NCBI GenBank assembly: GCA_037379345.1
Contig: CM074511.1
Coordinates: 64,982,862-65,046,861, forward strand
Direction: 5' to 3'
Length of the DNA stretch: 64,000 nt
Source: Perna viridis
Lineage: Eukaryota
Shown one piece after another: positions 1 through 14,100 of this stretch. Position numbers and translations under genes: made by a program. Below the pieces are notes generated by a model. It had not been told where the DNA came from and made no database searches. It saw nothing but the letters and a program-made list of their open reading frames with translations. How positions within the stretch are numbered: the stretch's first letter is position 1; each line of letters opens with the position of its first letter.

Positions 1-391
1 TCAGTTGTAGAATACTACATTCACCTTGTTTTTTTATCAGTCGTCGAGTACTAAGTTCATCCTGTTTATTGATCAGTCGTCGAGTACTAAGTTCACCCTG
101 TTTATTGATCAGTTGTAGAATACTACATTCACCTTGTTCATTGATCTGTGGTTGAATACATTCACCTTGTTTATTGATCAGTCGTTGAATACTACATTCA
201 CCTTGTTTATTGATCAGTCGTTGAATACTACATTCACCTTGTTCATTGATCTGTGGTTGAATACATTCACCTTGTTTATTGATCAGTCATTGAATACTAC
301 ATTCACCTTGTTTATTGATCAGTTGTTGAATACTTTCACCTTGTTTATTTTTCAGTTGTTGAATACTACATTCACCTTGTTTATTGATCAG
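1..391. repeat. 36-bp minisatellite (TTGAATACTACATTCACCTTGTTTATTGATCAGTCG, with 33-bp variants), truncated by the window start
   Basis: Direct tandem copies are visible; this explains the repetitive ORF 134..394 (LNTTFTLFIDQS)n. Confidence 0.9.
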
Positions 392-1156
392 TAGCAATCT
401 TAAGTAAAGAGGTGATTAAAGGCTGTAAGTGAATTACACACTGGTGCAACACCCAGTACATAGGTACCATTCTGATCCTTCCATTGTTTTTGGCAGTTTG
501 AGGGTGTTAGTATGGATATATGGTATACTATTAATAGGAGAATTAATTGGAGGAAGTGAATTACCAAAATATAACCATGAGTGCCAAAGAACACATAGAT
601 TTAACAAGTGTTTGGAACTTGTTCTGCTAGTTAAATACTTATGCATTCTTGACACAAGTAATTATATTTTGGTTATTTATGATAACCAGTTGATTATCCT
701 ATTTATTACATAGATTTCTTCCATTATTCATTCTTATTTCCAACATGAATTTAATATTTTGTGAATGGTGTATTGATATTCATTTTTGGAGGAGAAAGTC
801 TGTTGAGAGTGAAATTATTAAATTTATTTCTCGGTGTGAATTATTCAAAAATTTTTTCTCTGGGAACATTCAGTAAATCACTGCTATCTATATAATGAAA
901 GCCAGTCACTACTTATAAAGACCCACACAGTCTAAATTTTGGGTGTACATACAATGTAGGAATTACCTTATCTGTCTGTCCTTCCTTCCATATGTCCATT
1001 TATCTCCTCTAAAACTAGTCCCTGGAATTTAAGTTTTAGATAGATTGGGCAGCATAGAAGATGTACATGAAGGAAAGTACATGTAATTATTGCCCGATGC
1101 CAACAAAGGAAGGTTATTTTCTTTTGTTTAGGATATAATCATTTGCTGTGTTGTAG

Positions 1157-1699
1157 GTATAACTAAATGGATTCATGGGTGGAAAAGAAATGGGTGGAAG
1201 CTGAGTACAGGGCAGCCTGTTGTTAACAGAGATGATTTTGAAGAACTGGATTCAAATCTACGTGGAATAAATATTCAATGGGTTTGTTATGATATAATAT
1301 ATTTAAGTTTCCGTTTTACTAACAGTTTTTGCTCAATTAACTTCTTATTAACGCATAATTTGGTTATACTCTTTTTAAACATGTAAAAGACACCATTTAT
1401 TGTGTTTTAAAATCTCGTTAAAAATACTGAAGTGTCAATGAGTAGGTGGATATCAAAGCGGGGAAATCCATTGACAAACATGTTTAAAAACATAAACTGG
1501 CAAGAATAAACAAAAGGAAAGACACAAACTACACTAAGTGTGGAGCAACATGAATCCCACCAAAATCCATTTTGTTTCATTATTAATTTGTCAGGTTTTT
1601 TGTTTAAAGGTGCATGTCAGAGGCCACAGAGGTATAGAAGGAAATGAAGCAGCAGATAGGTTAGCCAACATGGGAGCTGTTAAACCACCTATCAAATGA
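1157..1699 (+). CDS. RNASEH1: Ribonuclease H1, last two coding exons (1157..1281, 1610..1699); upstream exons not identified in the window
   Basis: AG/GT-bounded exons translate to (G)ITKWIHGWKRNGWKLSTGQPVVNRDDFEELDSNLRGINIQW and VHVRGHRGIEGNEAADRLANMGAVKPPIK*. These carry the WKxNGW and WxHVxGH-x-G-x-xGNExAD motifs of eukaryotic RNase H1. AATAAA at 2262. Confidence 0.9.
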
Positions 1700-3265
1700 C
1701 CATTTGTGAAAAGCTTCAGTTCACCTGATGTGGTAATCTACTTGGATAACTGTCCATTAAGGGTTAACATAGATGTATAGTATTGGAGAACAGATGTAAA
1801 GTCGTGGTTTGATGAGAGAGGTAGTATCTTACAATGTTTTGAAAGGTTTGAACATTGGTTTTGTTACATTGAAGGAATATCAGATGGTAAACTATCTAAG
1901 GTTACGGTGCACTGGATCTCCAGTCATTATTACGTGCACGATCATTAATGAAAGAGTTCAAAGATTTCTGAATACTAATGTATATTTTACAGCTTATATG
2001 ACTCAGAGGTATTTTATGTGACCAAATTGTCAACTGCTTGGTGCTAACAACAGACTTTTGAAGCTGATTGATTTATACATAATTTCTTAATGGAATCTCA
2101 GAAATCATAATTTTTCGAAGTGAAACTTACTATTTTGACTCTCATAATTGAAAATAATGTGAATGTTCAATGTATGAATTAGAGTATGTCAAACAGGGGT
2201 TCATTTGAATAACTTTTTATTATTTTCATGTGTTTATGTGCCAAACTGTAAGATAAGATTTAATAAAAATTATTCTTCTTTTATCTTATCATTTGAAAAT
2301 AAAATGTACAGCCACAAAGACCCATACTTAACTGGTGCTAGAAAAATGTCTTTACCTTGGTCCCATTGTGAGAATGGTGGGGAGACTGTAAATGCCATTG
2401 AAAAAAAAGATATGGACATCATCTGTTCGTCAACACAGATTTTACACATAACACACTTTTAGTGCTAACAAAGAATAAAATAACATCACTCTGTTTTTGT
2501 ATGAATAAAGTCCTATAACTCAAACGAAAAAGCAGAAATTTAAAACAATCATATGTGAGCTCACATCAATAGAAAGAAGTAATTCACCAAAGTTTTACAA
2601 ATCATGGTGGTACCATATTTTAGTTATCGTGGGAAGTGTGGGCAGACAGGCATAAAAGAAGAAATACAGATGAATGAAATATCAACTTTATTGCGCAAAA
2701 TAGCTTGAAAAATTACAATGGGAATCATTCTAACAATATTTAAAATCATAAAGGCTTAAATTGATAACAATCTTTGTACTGAAAGAAATAAATGAACTCA
2801 AATTAAAGAGTTGTTGATTCTGATAATTGTTGTTATTTACCATTTAACTATGTGCTGATATGCATATAAGTTTGATAAATTTGTTACAAGTGTAATGAAG
2901 ATAATGGTTGAGTTTGTGAGTATTATTGGACCCATAACAAAAATACAAAAAGTAAGCACCAACAAATAAATGATATTTAAAAAACTCATAACTTACTATT
3001 AAAAACCATATTTTTCAAACTTCTCAGCATTATTTATTATTGTACATAATGACATCTACACTTTTGATTAACAAATCAATCAATTCACTTTCTATAACTT
3101 GCATAGTTGAGACTAGCTTATAATAACAAACATAAATTTGAATGATTATCTTCAAACTTCCTTTAGGAAATATTGAAAACATTAAGAGGGAGTCAAATTC
3201 CCCCCATTCAAACTAAATATGACCCGTAAATTGAATAAAATAAGCGGAAGCCCCAAAATCAATAT

Positions 3266-3661
3266 AAAATGACCTATCCTTGGTGAACAAGTAAGATAAA
3301 ACAAGTAAGATAAAATGACCTATCCTTGGTGAACAAGTAAGATAAAATGACCTATCCTTGGTGAACAAGTAAGATAAAATGACCTATCCTTAGTAAACAA
3401 TTAAGATAAAATGACCTATCCTTGGTGAACAAGTAAGGTAAAATGACCTATCCTTGGTGAACAAGTAAGATAAAATGACCTATCCGTGGTGAACAAGTAA
3501 GGTAAAATAACTTATCTGTGGTGAACAAGTAAGGTCAAATGACCTATCCGTGGTGAACAAGTAAGATAAAATGACCTATCTGTGGTGAACAAGTAAGATA
3601 AAATGACCTATCAGTGGTGAACAAGTAAGATAAAATGACCTATCAATGGTGAACAAGTAAG
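3266..3661. repeat. 32-bp minisatellite (GACCTATCCTTGGTGAACAAGTAAGATAAAAT), ~12 copies
   Basis: Direct tandem copies with a 32-bp period (e.g. 3317, 3349). Confidence 0.9.
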
Positions 3662-3971
3662 TTTGAACTTTACTTTTCACATTAATTTCTAATTTCACTT
3701 AAATCTACTGTGCAAACTTAAATACAAATTTAAACTGGAATTACAACATAATAACTAAAGAGAAATATGTAATGAACCAATCAAATCTATAAGAAGAAAA
3801 TTCTCAATTATAATAAACATGATAAACGTAGACTAGTGATTGACTTTTAATTTTTAATTTTTGTTTTACTTGTACCAAATACATTTCTATTTACTCCATG
3901 ATCATTCATTAATTAGATCAGCAACACTAATTAACACCTGTGAACTTGTGTACAGTTTTTTCACACTTTGA

Positions 3972-4170
3972 GTTTACCCTACTGTTGCACCTGGTCCTTG
4001 CTCCCCGTTTTAGTGGAGTCCGAGTTGCTCATTTACATTTGTTACTTTGTATGTGTTAATTTATGTTACTTATGTTCTATGTTGTGTTTGTTTTCCATGT
4101 CTGGTCTTTGTCCCTGGATTACATTCTTATGATATCCGCTAGAATCTTGGTTTCCATGGTTACTCTTTCT
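3972..4170 (+). mobile_element. 3'-end remnant of a Penelope-like retroelement family
   Basis: Similar (TTACCCTAC..GCACCTG..TTTAGTGGAGTCCGAGTTGCTCATTT..CATGTCTGGTCTTTGTC..) to the sequence downstream of the PLE RT at 19367..19570 and to 48244..48460. Confidence 0.65.
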
Positions 4171-5158
4171 AACAAATTATATTTTCATTAGTGAATGAGT
4201 AAAGAACAAGACACATTTAAACAAATAAACAAAAAATTAGGATTTACATGTATACTATAAAAATATTTATGCAAGATATATCTAAACAAACAAAAAAATG
4301 AACATGTACATGTATACTATAAAAACATTCAGGCAAGATTTATTGCAACCAACAAAACTTGAGCATTTATACTTCAGAACAACACTTTATATAAACAGCA
4401 CACAAACAGTACTGTCAGATAAAATTTTAACATTTATTCCTTAAATAAAACAATTACTCAACTCCATAACACATTCAATATTACTAATGACATGTGTAAC
4501 ATTACTGACATAAAAAACAGAAACAAGTAAATAACATATAATATGAAATAATAGCATAAAACTGGCAAAATATTCACAAAATATACATAAAAAATTGTTC
4601 AGAAATAAGAATTTTAGCTTTCAACTTGCATTACAAATTGCTAATATCACTGGAAGTTGGTATTAACTTTTCTTTGTCTAACAAACTTTGATTTATGGGA
4701 TAATGGGTTTCAATATCTCTGCTATTCTCAAATGTGAAAATTTTTTTGGATTAAAGTTAAATTGTCTTGTTCAACTCTATTCCATAGGCCGCCTTCAGAT
4801 GCCTCTCAAGCTAATGATCACATCTTTCAGTTGAACATAACAATTTACTACAGAAACATTCCTTAAAGAACTTTAAAATAATCACTTAAAGTTATTATGA
4901 ATAGAAGTTTCCTACTCTGAATTTTTGATACTTTAACCATGCATTTACTAATACATGTACATTGTACTAAGTTTTAACTGACAGAATACCTCAGTACATT
5001 TTCTAAAGCTGTATCTCCCATGACATTTTCCACTTAAAAGTTTTAGGTAATGTGTAACAAATTCACCGTTTTGCAATTTAAAAAAAAATTTTGATTATTT
5101 TTTTAAATTTTGAAAGTATGTATCACAGAACATTGGCGTTTAAGGTAACTTGTTCATT

Positions 5159-8100
5159 TTAAAAGTCTTCATCACTACTGTTTCCATGGTTACCCCCACC
5201 ATCTTGTTTGTCTCTATATCTGGATCTTAATCTGTTCAGCTCAGCCAGCTCATTCTGAAAATGATATAAATAGAACACATGTACATAAAGTAATAATTAT
5301 GTTCCCCAAATGCAGTCAGTGTGCCTCCTAAAAAAACGGTCAAACCAACTGGAACCAAACTTGGCACAAAAAATAACCATATGCAGATGTGCAATCACCA
5401 TCTAAATTTTCAAACATGGCCACTGTTTAAAGACAACAAAAATCATTAAAAAAAAGAAAAAAATCATAGAGACTTGATATTTGGTTAAATAATACGTCGC
5501 CACAAAAGCTTTCAGTCAGCCATATTGAAATTTAAAAAATGGCTAGCATTCCAAGATGGCCACATGTCAAAAGTTAAAAAAAAAATTAATACTAGTTTAA
5601 TTTGATTTGTAATTAACCTTCGGATAAACTGACTCCCTTTGGATGACATAGGTTATTTTGTACAAACTTATTTGATACATTGTATTGCAATGTCAGTTAT
5701 GTCTATTGTGGAGTCTGTAGTTTGAATAATACCAAACTAGATTAAGAATAAAATCTTAACTTGGAATGGAATCAAACCATTAAGACTGCTCTTAGCTTCT
5801 GACTAAGATTTGCTAGTAAAACTTAATTTGGACTATAAACACTCGTTTATTATCCACTACCTGGCCTATGAAGTGCAAACTGTCCTAAAGTTGGTTATAT
5901 TCCATTACTTCGTAAAAATACTTTAAAATCTTTTTAATCCACATTCTAAGTCTGAAGTAGCTACTATGTCTAGAAAATGACTATAAATAGCCATGAAAAG
6001 TAGCAATAAAATAGACCAATAATTCTGGTAAAATTAATAAATATTTCCTACTGAATGTTCAGCCACAAGCAGAATTTCTTACCTTTACAAGTTGAAGGTG
6101 ATATTGTCGTCTGGTACTTATAGACCTCATTGGGAAAGGATTGATCCAGTTAAATGCCAGCTATAAAATGAAAGAAGATTATGTACAACTATCAAAGAAC
6201 TGAAATATGCATTCATTAAAATAATTTTAATGTTTAAAATGATTATTTGATTGTATTTTGTTTTAAATATTTAACTACTGAATTTCATCATGGTTTGAAA
6301 AATAAGTTCCATTTTTAAACTTTAACATAACATCATAACTAAAAAACTGTGTGTCACAAGGTGCAGCTTGATGTGATTGCAGATATTGAACCCTGAACAG
6401 CTGAGGCAAATATAGACACACAATTCAAATTTGATACAGCTGTGAATTTTGACTGCAGTTAGACATTAGGATAAGAAATTGACCAGAATCAAAGTGGCCC
6501 CTTTCAGACCCTTAGTTCCTAAATGGTTTAGTAACAACCTCCAATATCTATCTCAACTGTCCTATGGGGGTCTGGCACCTTGTGCCACACTTTCATAGAG
6601 TTCATTCACTTTTAGTCAAGTTATCATCCAGAAAACTGACGAATGCTTGTTTTTAGCCCTTGGCATCTCATTCCTAAATGGTACAAGTTTTTCACCCCTG
6701 ATATTAGCCCCAGTCTAAACTTCATTGTACAGAATGTCAAGGAACAATATCATAAACATACTGAAGTTACATGTTTAAATTCTATGAAATGTTTGTCCAT
6801 AATTCCAAAACTGTTTTGATCGTCATCCTCAAAATCAACTAACTAGCACTTAAGTAATTGCATGAAAATCAAGTGGATGACAATGACACAAATGATGACA
6901 TATGATGGCAAATCTTTTTGCTGTCTTATAAAAATCAACTAAATAGAAGTGCACAATACTTAAAAACACTAAGTCTGGAGTAGAACAGTAATGATATATA
7001 TATAGTAATAGATCATAACTTAAACCATAGAATTACAATATGTATAATGTAGTACTTACTATCATAGTTATACACTAGTACATTTGTTATGATTCAACAT
7101 ATTCATTCTTGTTTCTAATGTACATGTGTTATATTTATGCATTTATATCATATGAACAGACTTAATTTCATTACTTAGAAAATACATGTCTTTTCTTTAC
7201 CAAGAAACTCACATGACAAATCTGTCTTGGGTCGTTCATTTTCTCTCCAAGTACTCTCATGAAATGGTTAAGTTGTAAAGTTGACTCTTGATGTAGAATT
7301 CTTTCCTCTACATGCTTAAAGAAGGCTACAGCAAACCTGAACAGCACCTGGTTAACATTTGATAAAAGATAATTAATTCTCAAACTATTTTTTTAGATTC
7401 TCAATAAGCAGAACAATATGATCACTAGAATAATTATTCACTTACTATTTTCTGAGTATAGTAGGAAGAGATTATTCAAACTTTTATTAAATAACATGGG
7501 TTGTGATAATTTAGAAAATTCAATACTATTAAGTGGTTGAGTTTGTTTTTATTTTCAATAAAATGGGTGGTAGGGTCTTTAAAAAGTGCCATCACAAGGG
7601 GAGGGGGTAGTATTTTCTGGAACAGTCCTGAGTTAGATTGAATAACATATAATAATGTAATATATTAATTATTTATTGAATAAAGATAAAATAAGTAAAA
7701 TGCTATGTTTGATACTAGTTTGTATTTGGATTCAAAATTATCAAAAACAGGAGTGTCACAATTAAAACAAGATGTTGCAAGTTTATGTGGTGTTAAGAAT
7801 ACCCCAACTCAACTATTTCTGTCAAAGTGGGTTTTATGGTAAACTGGAAGTAAATATGTGAGGAATCTAAAAGGAGAGACACGATTCAAGTCATCATATA
7901 AAAGCAAAATACCAAATATCTAAGCATTCCTTCCAATAGAAGATGAGAAATCTGTAAAAGAAAAGTGTAATGGATGAATTTGCAATATAGCTCAGTATAA
8001 TAAAAATAGCTGAAGATACCTACCTTACTACCTTCATAAAGAAATGTATCCCATATCCTCAGGAATGTATTTGTTGGAATGTTGTCTATAAATATGGTAA

Positions 8101-11100
8101 GGAACCAGTTGAATGTAAACAAGGAAATGTCAACCTCAAGCTGTTCAAAGTGGGCATACAGTCTTGGTAACTTTTCATGGAGCAGGTCTTTCAAAACTCT
8201 CTGTTAATAAAATGAAAGAATGTATTAAACTCTACAATGGTATCATCTCTGTTATAGCTCTCTTTTGTTATAAAGAAATATATTATAAAAACAATCTTAA
8301 TGAAAAACTCTTTCAGTTATCAACGCATTATTTTTAATACACATGATCAACCAACTCAAATACAACCAAAACAATATTGTTGAATGTGAAATACATATAG
8401 TGGTTAAAAATAAATGAATCAATATTCTCATTATCATTGTTATGGTAATTTAAGGATAGAGGCACCATCAAAAGAGATGAAGGAGGATCTGGGAATCAAG
8501 AAGCAATATTAAGATGACATACACACCAAAAACTAAACAGTATTGGAAGCCCTTGACATATGTTGGTTTGAGAAAGTGCCTGTGATTTCTGGTATAATAT
8601 AAACTAACCTGATCCACCTGAGCTGCCAGTAGAGATTTACTATAGTAATCTGTGGGCATGATGAAATCTACAATGGCTACCAAGCACCAGAAAGCTTCCT
8701 CCTCTGGTAGAAACAATAAGGTAATTGCTGCTAGTCTGTTCAGACCCTGAAAAATAATGTGTTTTAAGTATACTTTTGTGTACATTATACACCAGGCTTG
8801 CTAAATAAGACTAATAGGACCTACATAACAACAATCAATGTTTATCGATTATCGATATGCAAAATTTACACTGTACCATACTGTACCAGATAGCCAATGA
8901 CAGAATTATGTACAATGGCAACCATTTTTACTGTATTAGATTGTGACAAAACTTACCTGACATAGCCAATGACAGGATTATGTACTATGACAGCAATATT
9001 TACTGTACAAGACTGTGACAGGACTTACCTGACAATAGCCAACGACAAGATTTTGTATAATGACAGCCATTTTTACTGTATTAGACTGTGAGAGGACTTA
9101 CCTGACAATAGCCAAAGATAGGATTATGTACAATACAGCAGTTTTTACTGTATAAGACTGTGACAGGACTTACCTGACAATAGCCCGTGTTTGTTTGTTT
9201 GTTTGTTGGGGTTTAATGTCCGAGCAGCAATATTTCAGCAATATTCAGACAATGAACATGAAATGGATGATAAAATGAACATGAAATGAAAAAAAAAAAA
9301 GGATGGGTCACAAGGATAATAGGGTCGACAAATTTTGATTGCCACTGGAAAAAGGGGGATGGGTAAGGTTGGGCAATTTAGCCTCCTGTGGCGGAGCGCA
9401 AAGGTTCCTACTCCTATCGAATACCACAGCAGGGTTCTTTAACGTGCGAGGAACGTGGCATCTTTCCCAACACGGTGCACCACTATGGTTTGCGGTCAGG
9501 TTTTCCGTATTATAGCCTGACAATCCCAGCATTCCACCACCTGGGGCACACATCCAGTTGCTCTGTGGGCAGAGCGCCTAGCCCCCGGCTAGGTTTCTGA
9601 GCACTATTTAGTCGCCTTTTACAACAAGCTTAGCGCTGCTGCAGGCCTATTCTTTTAACACCCGGACCTGCATGGGTACAATAGCCCGTGACAGGATAAT
9701 GTACAATGAAGTCATTTACACTGCATAAGACTGTGAAAGGACTAACCCGACAATATCCAATGACAGGATTATGTACAATGCAGCCGTTTTTATTGTATAA
9801 GTCTGTGACAGGACTAACCTGACAATAGCCAATGACAGCCATTTTTACTGCACAAGATTGACAGGACTTACCTGACAATAGCAAATGACAGGATTATGTA
9901 CAATGCATCCATTTTTACTGCATGAAATTGTGACATGACTTACCTGACAATAGCAAATGACAGGATTATGTACAATGCAGACATTTTTACTGCATAAGAT
10001 TGTGATAGGACTTACCTGACAATACCCAATGATAGGATTATGTACACTGTAAGCCAACAACACTTGTCGTAGTTGTTCTATCCCTTTACTTTCTATGCTC
10101 TCGAAATGTCTGTTGTTTGGTAAGGTTCTTAATAGATCAAGTTCTATCTGAAAAGTCAAATGAAAAATTAATTCTTACTGCTATTTCTGTGTAAATGATG
10201 CATAAACTCATCTTTAATGTTGTTGCTATTATCAAACAAAAGCAAAAAATTATAGAATGGCATTTCCTAAATATTTCTTTACCATTAGACCATAACAGTT
10301 TCGTTAAAATTTGCTGAAGAATGTTGATTCACAGGTGATAAAAAAATTATAAAATAAAACCTTGACCTTAAAATTAACAGGGTTAAAATTTTTCAAGGAC
10401 TAGTTCATTAAAGCTGCATTAGCTGTCATTTTTGTAAAAAAATTTCTGTTGAAATATGCCTTAATTCTACTAAATTGTACTTTTCCTATAAAATTTCATT
10501 CATATCCACAAATGAAATGTGTTAAATACATGAAATAGGTGTCTATATATTTATTGTCTTGCAAGACAAAAAATCGACCTAGATAAATTTGTATGCATGT
10601 GACTTCTGGTGACCTTAATTCACGCCTGTGCTGTAAGGGTTGCTTTTTCAAAAACAAATCTGATTGTAAAGCGAAAGTGGTTAATCAATGGCAAGAAAGA
10701 CCATTGGACTCGAGCCGTAAACGAAAACAGTTCAAGTATAATGCAAGGATCCTTTTGAAATTTACGTCTTGTGATATAATGTGGCACAAATATGGTCAGT
10801 AACTGTCATTATTTATTTGATAACTAATCAAGAAATAGATATCCGTAGTGTATCCGTTATTGTTATTTTTTTTTCAAAGTTTACAAGTTTAAAGTATTTT
10901 TAACCTGGGTTAATGTCCTGTTGGCAATCTTTGGAAGTAATGGCGAAAAATAATTAGATCTGAGCTATCGATCTTCTTTGATTGAAAAAAACATTTTTAC
11001 AATATTCTGTAGGTATTTTCGACATTTATTGCTTCAACTGCATTACTACAAACTTATTTCATTTTATCAGCTTTTTTCAGTAGAATCAAAACTGAACAAA

Positions 11101-14100
11101 TTTGGCAGCTAATGCTGCTTTAAAGATATTCGTTTTTCAAGTGTTGTTTAGGATGTTAAAGATGGAATAGCATTACTACCATAATTGGTGAGGGATAATA
11201 AAGGATTTCCTTTTTAAATGTAACATATTTCACTAACAAAAACATTTTGTTAAGAAGTAACCTTTCATATCGATTACATTTTCCCATACCTGTTTTGATT
11301 CGGGACTGAGTGATGTGCCTTTAGTTTTCTGAGATAATTCTTTATAGTAATGAGGTCCAAGTTTATCTCTTATTTCTCCGACATAAAAATTTACACAACT
11401 ACAACAAGAAAGACCGGCTGTAGTAAGATTGAAATGAAAGTATGACCATTAACACAAGCATTACAATAGGGTATGATCATTAACACAAGCATTACAATAG
11501 CATTAATGCATGCCCTTTTCCATATTGGTCCCGTAACATGCCTGAGGTATTAATAATGTCCTCGGATGGCTGTAATGGCCCTCGTGCAAAAAAAATGAGA
11601 TTTGAATGCACATTTTGTCTTTGAAAAATCACTAAAACACGAAAGTCACCTTTTTTCTTTAGCATTTCTGTATAGAACAGTATGTGCTCCCGCTTCGAGA
11701 TTTCATTTTTGTTGCCTTTTTCCAAAAATCCCCCCCCCCAAATGGTAAATTTAAAGCTCAAGATTAAACATAACTAATAATTAAATGTACTTAGCCCCAG
11801 CACCATCTTTCAGCAACTTTAAATATCTTAATCTAATTAATTGAATTATTAGGCTAGTCTTAATTAAAGTTATCACTTATTTTGTATGTACGCCATTTTG
11901 ATTTAGTTCATAATGGCCCCGTATTGATGCCCTGTTTTGAAATTCATAATGCATGGCTGTGATTTTGTAATGACCGGCTGTAGGAATTTCCGGTTCGTAA
12001 TGATCAGTTGTCAAAATTTTTGGTTCATAAAGGATTGTCATTTCTATATATATTGTAGTACGTTGGTTAATAAAATAGGGTTTGACAGAATATTCTATGT
12101 AGTGTACAAGTTTAGGTATAATTATTTTCTTTTCAAAATCACTAAAGTGTGGCAAGTTGATACAAAATATGAATAATTGCAAACTCTAAAATATTGGGGA
12201 AAACAATAAATAAAAATCTAATACCCTTATTATAATTAGTTATAACAATCATTTTTTAGCCTACCCTTTCCATATCTGTTCCCTATATTCACTTGGAACT
12301 CCCATTCGAACCAATGCTTTCAAATCAGATGAACGAGTCAGTGTTTTTTTACCCAAACCAACCATATAATTTTCCCATTTCACACTACATGACTGGATTT
12401 CTTCTGCATCCTAAAAACAAGAAAAAAAACTTTATATCACTTTTTGTACATGTGTTTGTGTATGTATTCCATGGCATACATACCTAATCATTAAGGTGGA
12501 AGACTAGAAGGCAAATACTTTATAAGAAAATCAAAGATGTTTTTTTTTTAAAGGGAGATAAGTCTTGAACTCTTGAAATTTAGAAAAAAAAAACACAACA
12601 ACAAAATGGTAATATTTTCTTTAAAAAGTCCATGCATATATTTACAAGAAACAGAGGCATAAGAAAGTTGAAAGAATCTTTAAAAAATTTTGCATGATTA
12701 TGTTACTGTTTAAAACAATAAACCAATACATCATTTATAAGCTTAAAACAGTAAATTCTGCAATTAGTTTGTGCATTACTTATTGCAATTTTGTAATTTT
12801 AGAATTTTGAGAAACATTACCCATCAATTATGTTAAAAGTTCCATTACATAAGTTTTAATCAATGTGATTTTAAGTCAGTTTAATTTTTCACAATAAAAA
12901 AAGCATCAAAATGATATTAGGATTCACAGAATTACTTCACTTTCTTTAATAGTCCTTTTTCTTATTTATGGAATGCATGCCATTATAGCAAGTTTTTGAA
13001 GGGACTTAACCATCCAACATACGGTGACCTGGGGGACAAAGAAGTACAGTAAACATATCTTTTAATAATTTAATTTCAGAACGAACTCTATTTCTGACTG
13101 GATAAAAAATTTTGTCCATTATCTCATAGACCAAATTTTGTACATGACTGTGACATCATCAAACTTTTTGAAGGGTGTACTTGTTGAATTTTGATACTAA
13201 AATCAAATTATAAGGAATGACAGTCTATTTGGAATAACCTCAATGCCTGTGGTTAACACTCGAAAATAATCTGCTACACAGGTTATTTAGTGTGCACCAC
13301 AGGATTAAAGTTATTTCTTCACAGACCGAAAAGATATAACAGTCATTCCTTAAGAAACTTCAGTTAGTACCTGAATATGTTATAATAAATAATTTAAAAG
13401 TAACAAAGTACTTACCATGCCTTAAAAAAAAATCTTTTTTTTTTTTTGTAATTTGAAGTCTCTGCTGTCCAAAGTCAAAGTCAGAAACATGGAAAAGGGC
13501 TACTGGTATTAGAATTACCTTTAATTTAGCTTGAACTTCCTCAGAATGTCTTCCCATCTGTTCCGCCTTGATAGATAATGGATCTATCTCCTCTTCATCT
13601 TCACCATATTTTTTAATAAACCCATATCTGTCATATTCTTGACCACTACAGTAGAAAAAATGTGAACATCACTACAAACTAGAATTACTTTGAGCATAGA
13701 TCACAAAAGGATATCCCCAATAGGTATACACACATATAATCTCTAAACTTTAAACCCAAAACTAATTCAAATCAAATTGTAAGTACATTGTATTTGCTAT
13801 ATACAGAATCAATACCTCACTGTTGTTAAGGGCAAAGTGTAAGTAAACTACAACAAATACCAAGCCCATTCAGATTTTAATACCAAAAGAGATTGTCTGC
13901 AATGACAATACCTAATAATCATTACTAATTTAATTTTTGTAAATACAAAATCGGTACCCTCTACTAATTCTCTGAGTTAATGGCAAAGTCTCTGCTATGC
14001 TACTGGAAATCCCAATTTTGTTCAGATCAAATGGCATTACCTAATAATCATTCTGAGAAAAGTTAAAAATATCAATCAAACCATTCAGGGGAAGTTGATA

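Noticed and set aside
1-391. 36-bp repeat as a third exon-derived array (from RNASEH1)
   Set aside because: No recognisable RNase H motif or donor consensus in the unit, and its start lies outside the window.
9308-9600. ORFs shared with 50636..51009 as a duplicated small gene
   Set aside because: Both lie in SINE copies on overlapping opposite frames, and a 23-nt indel between copies shifts the frame.
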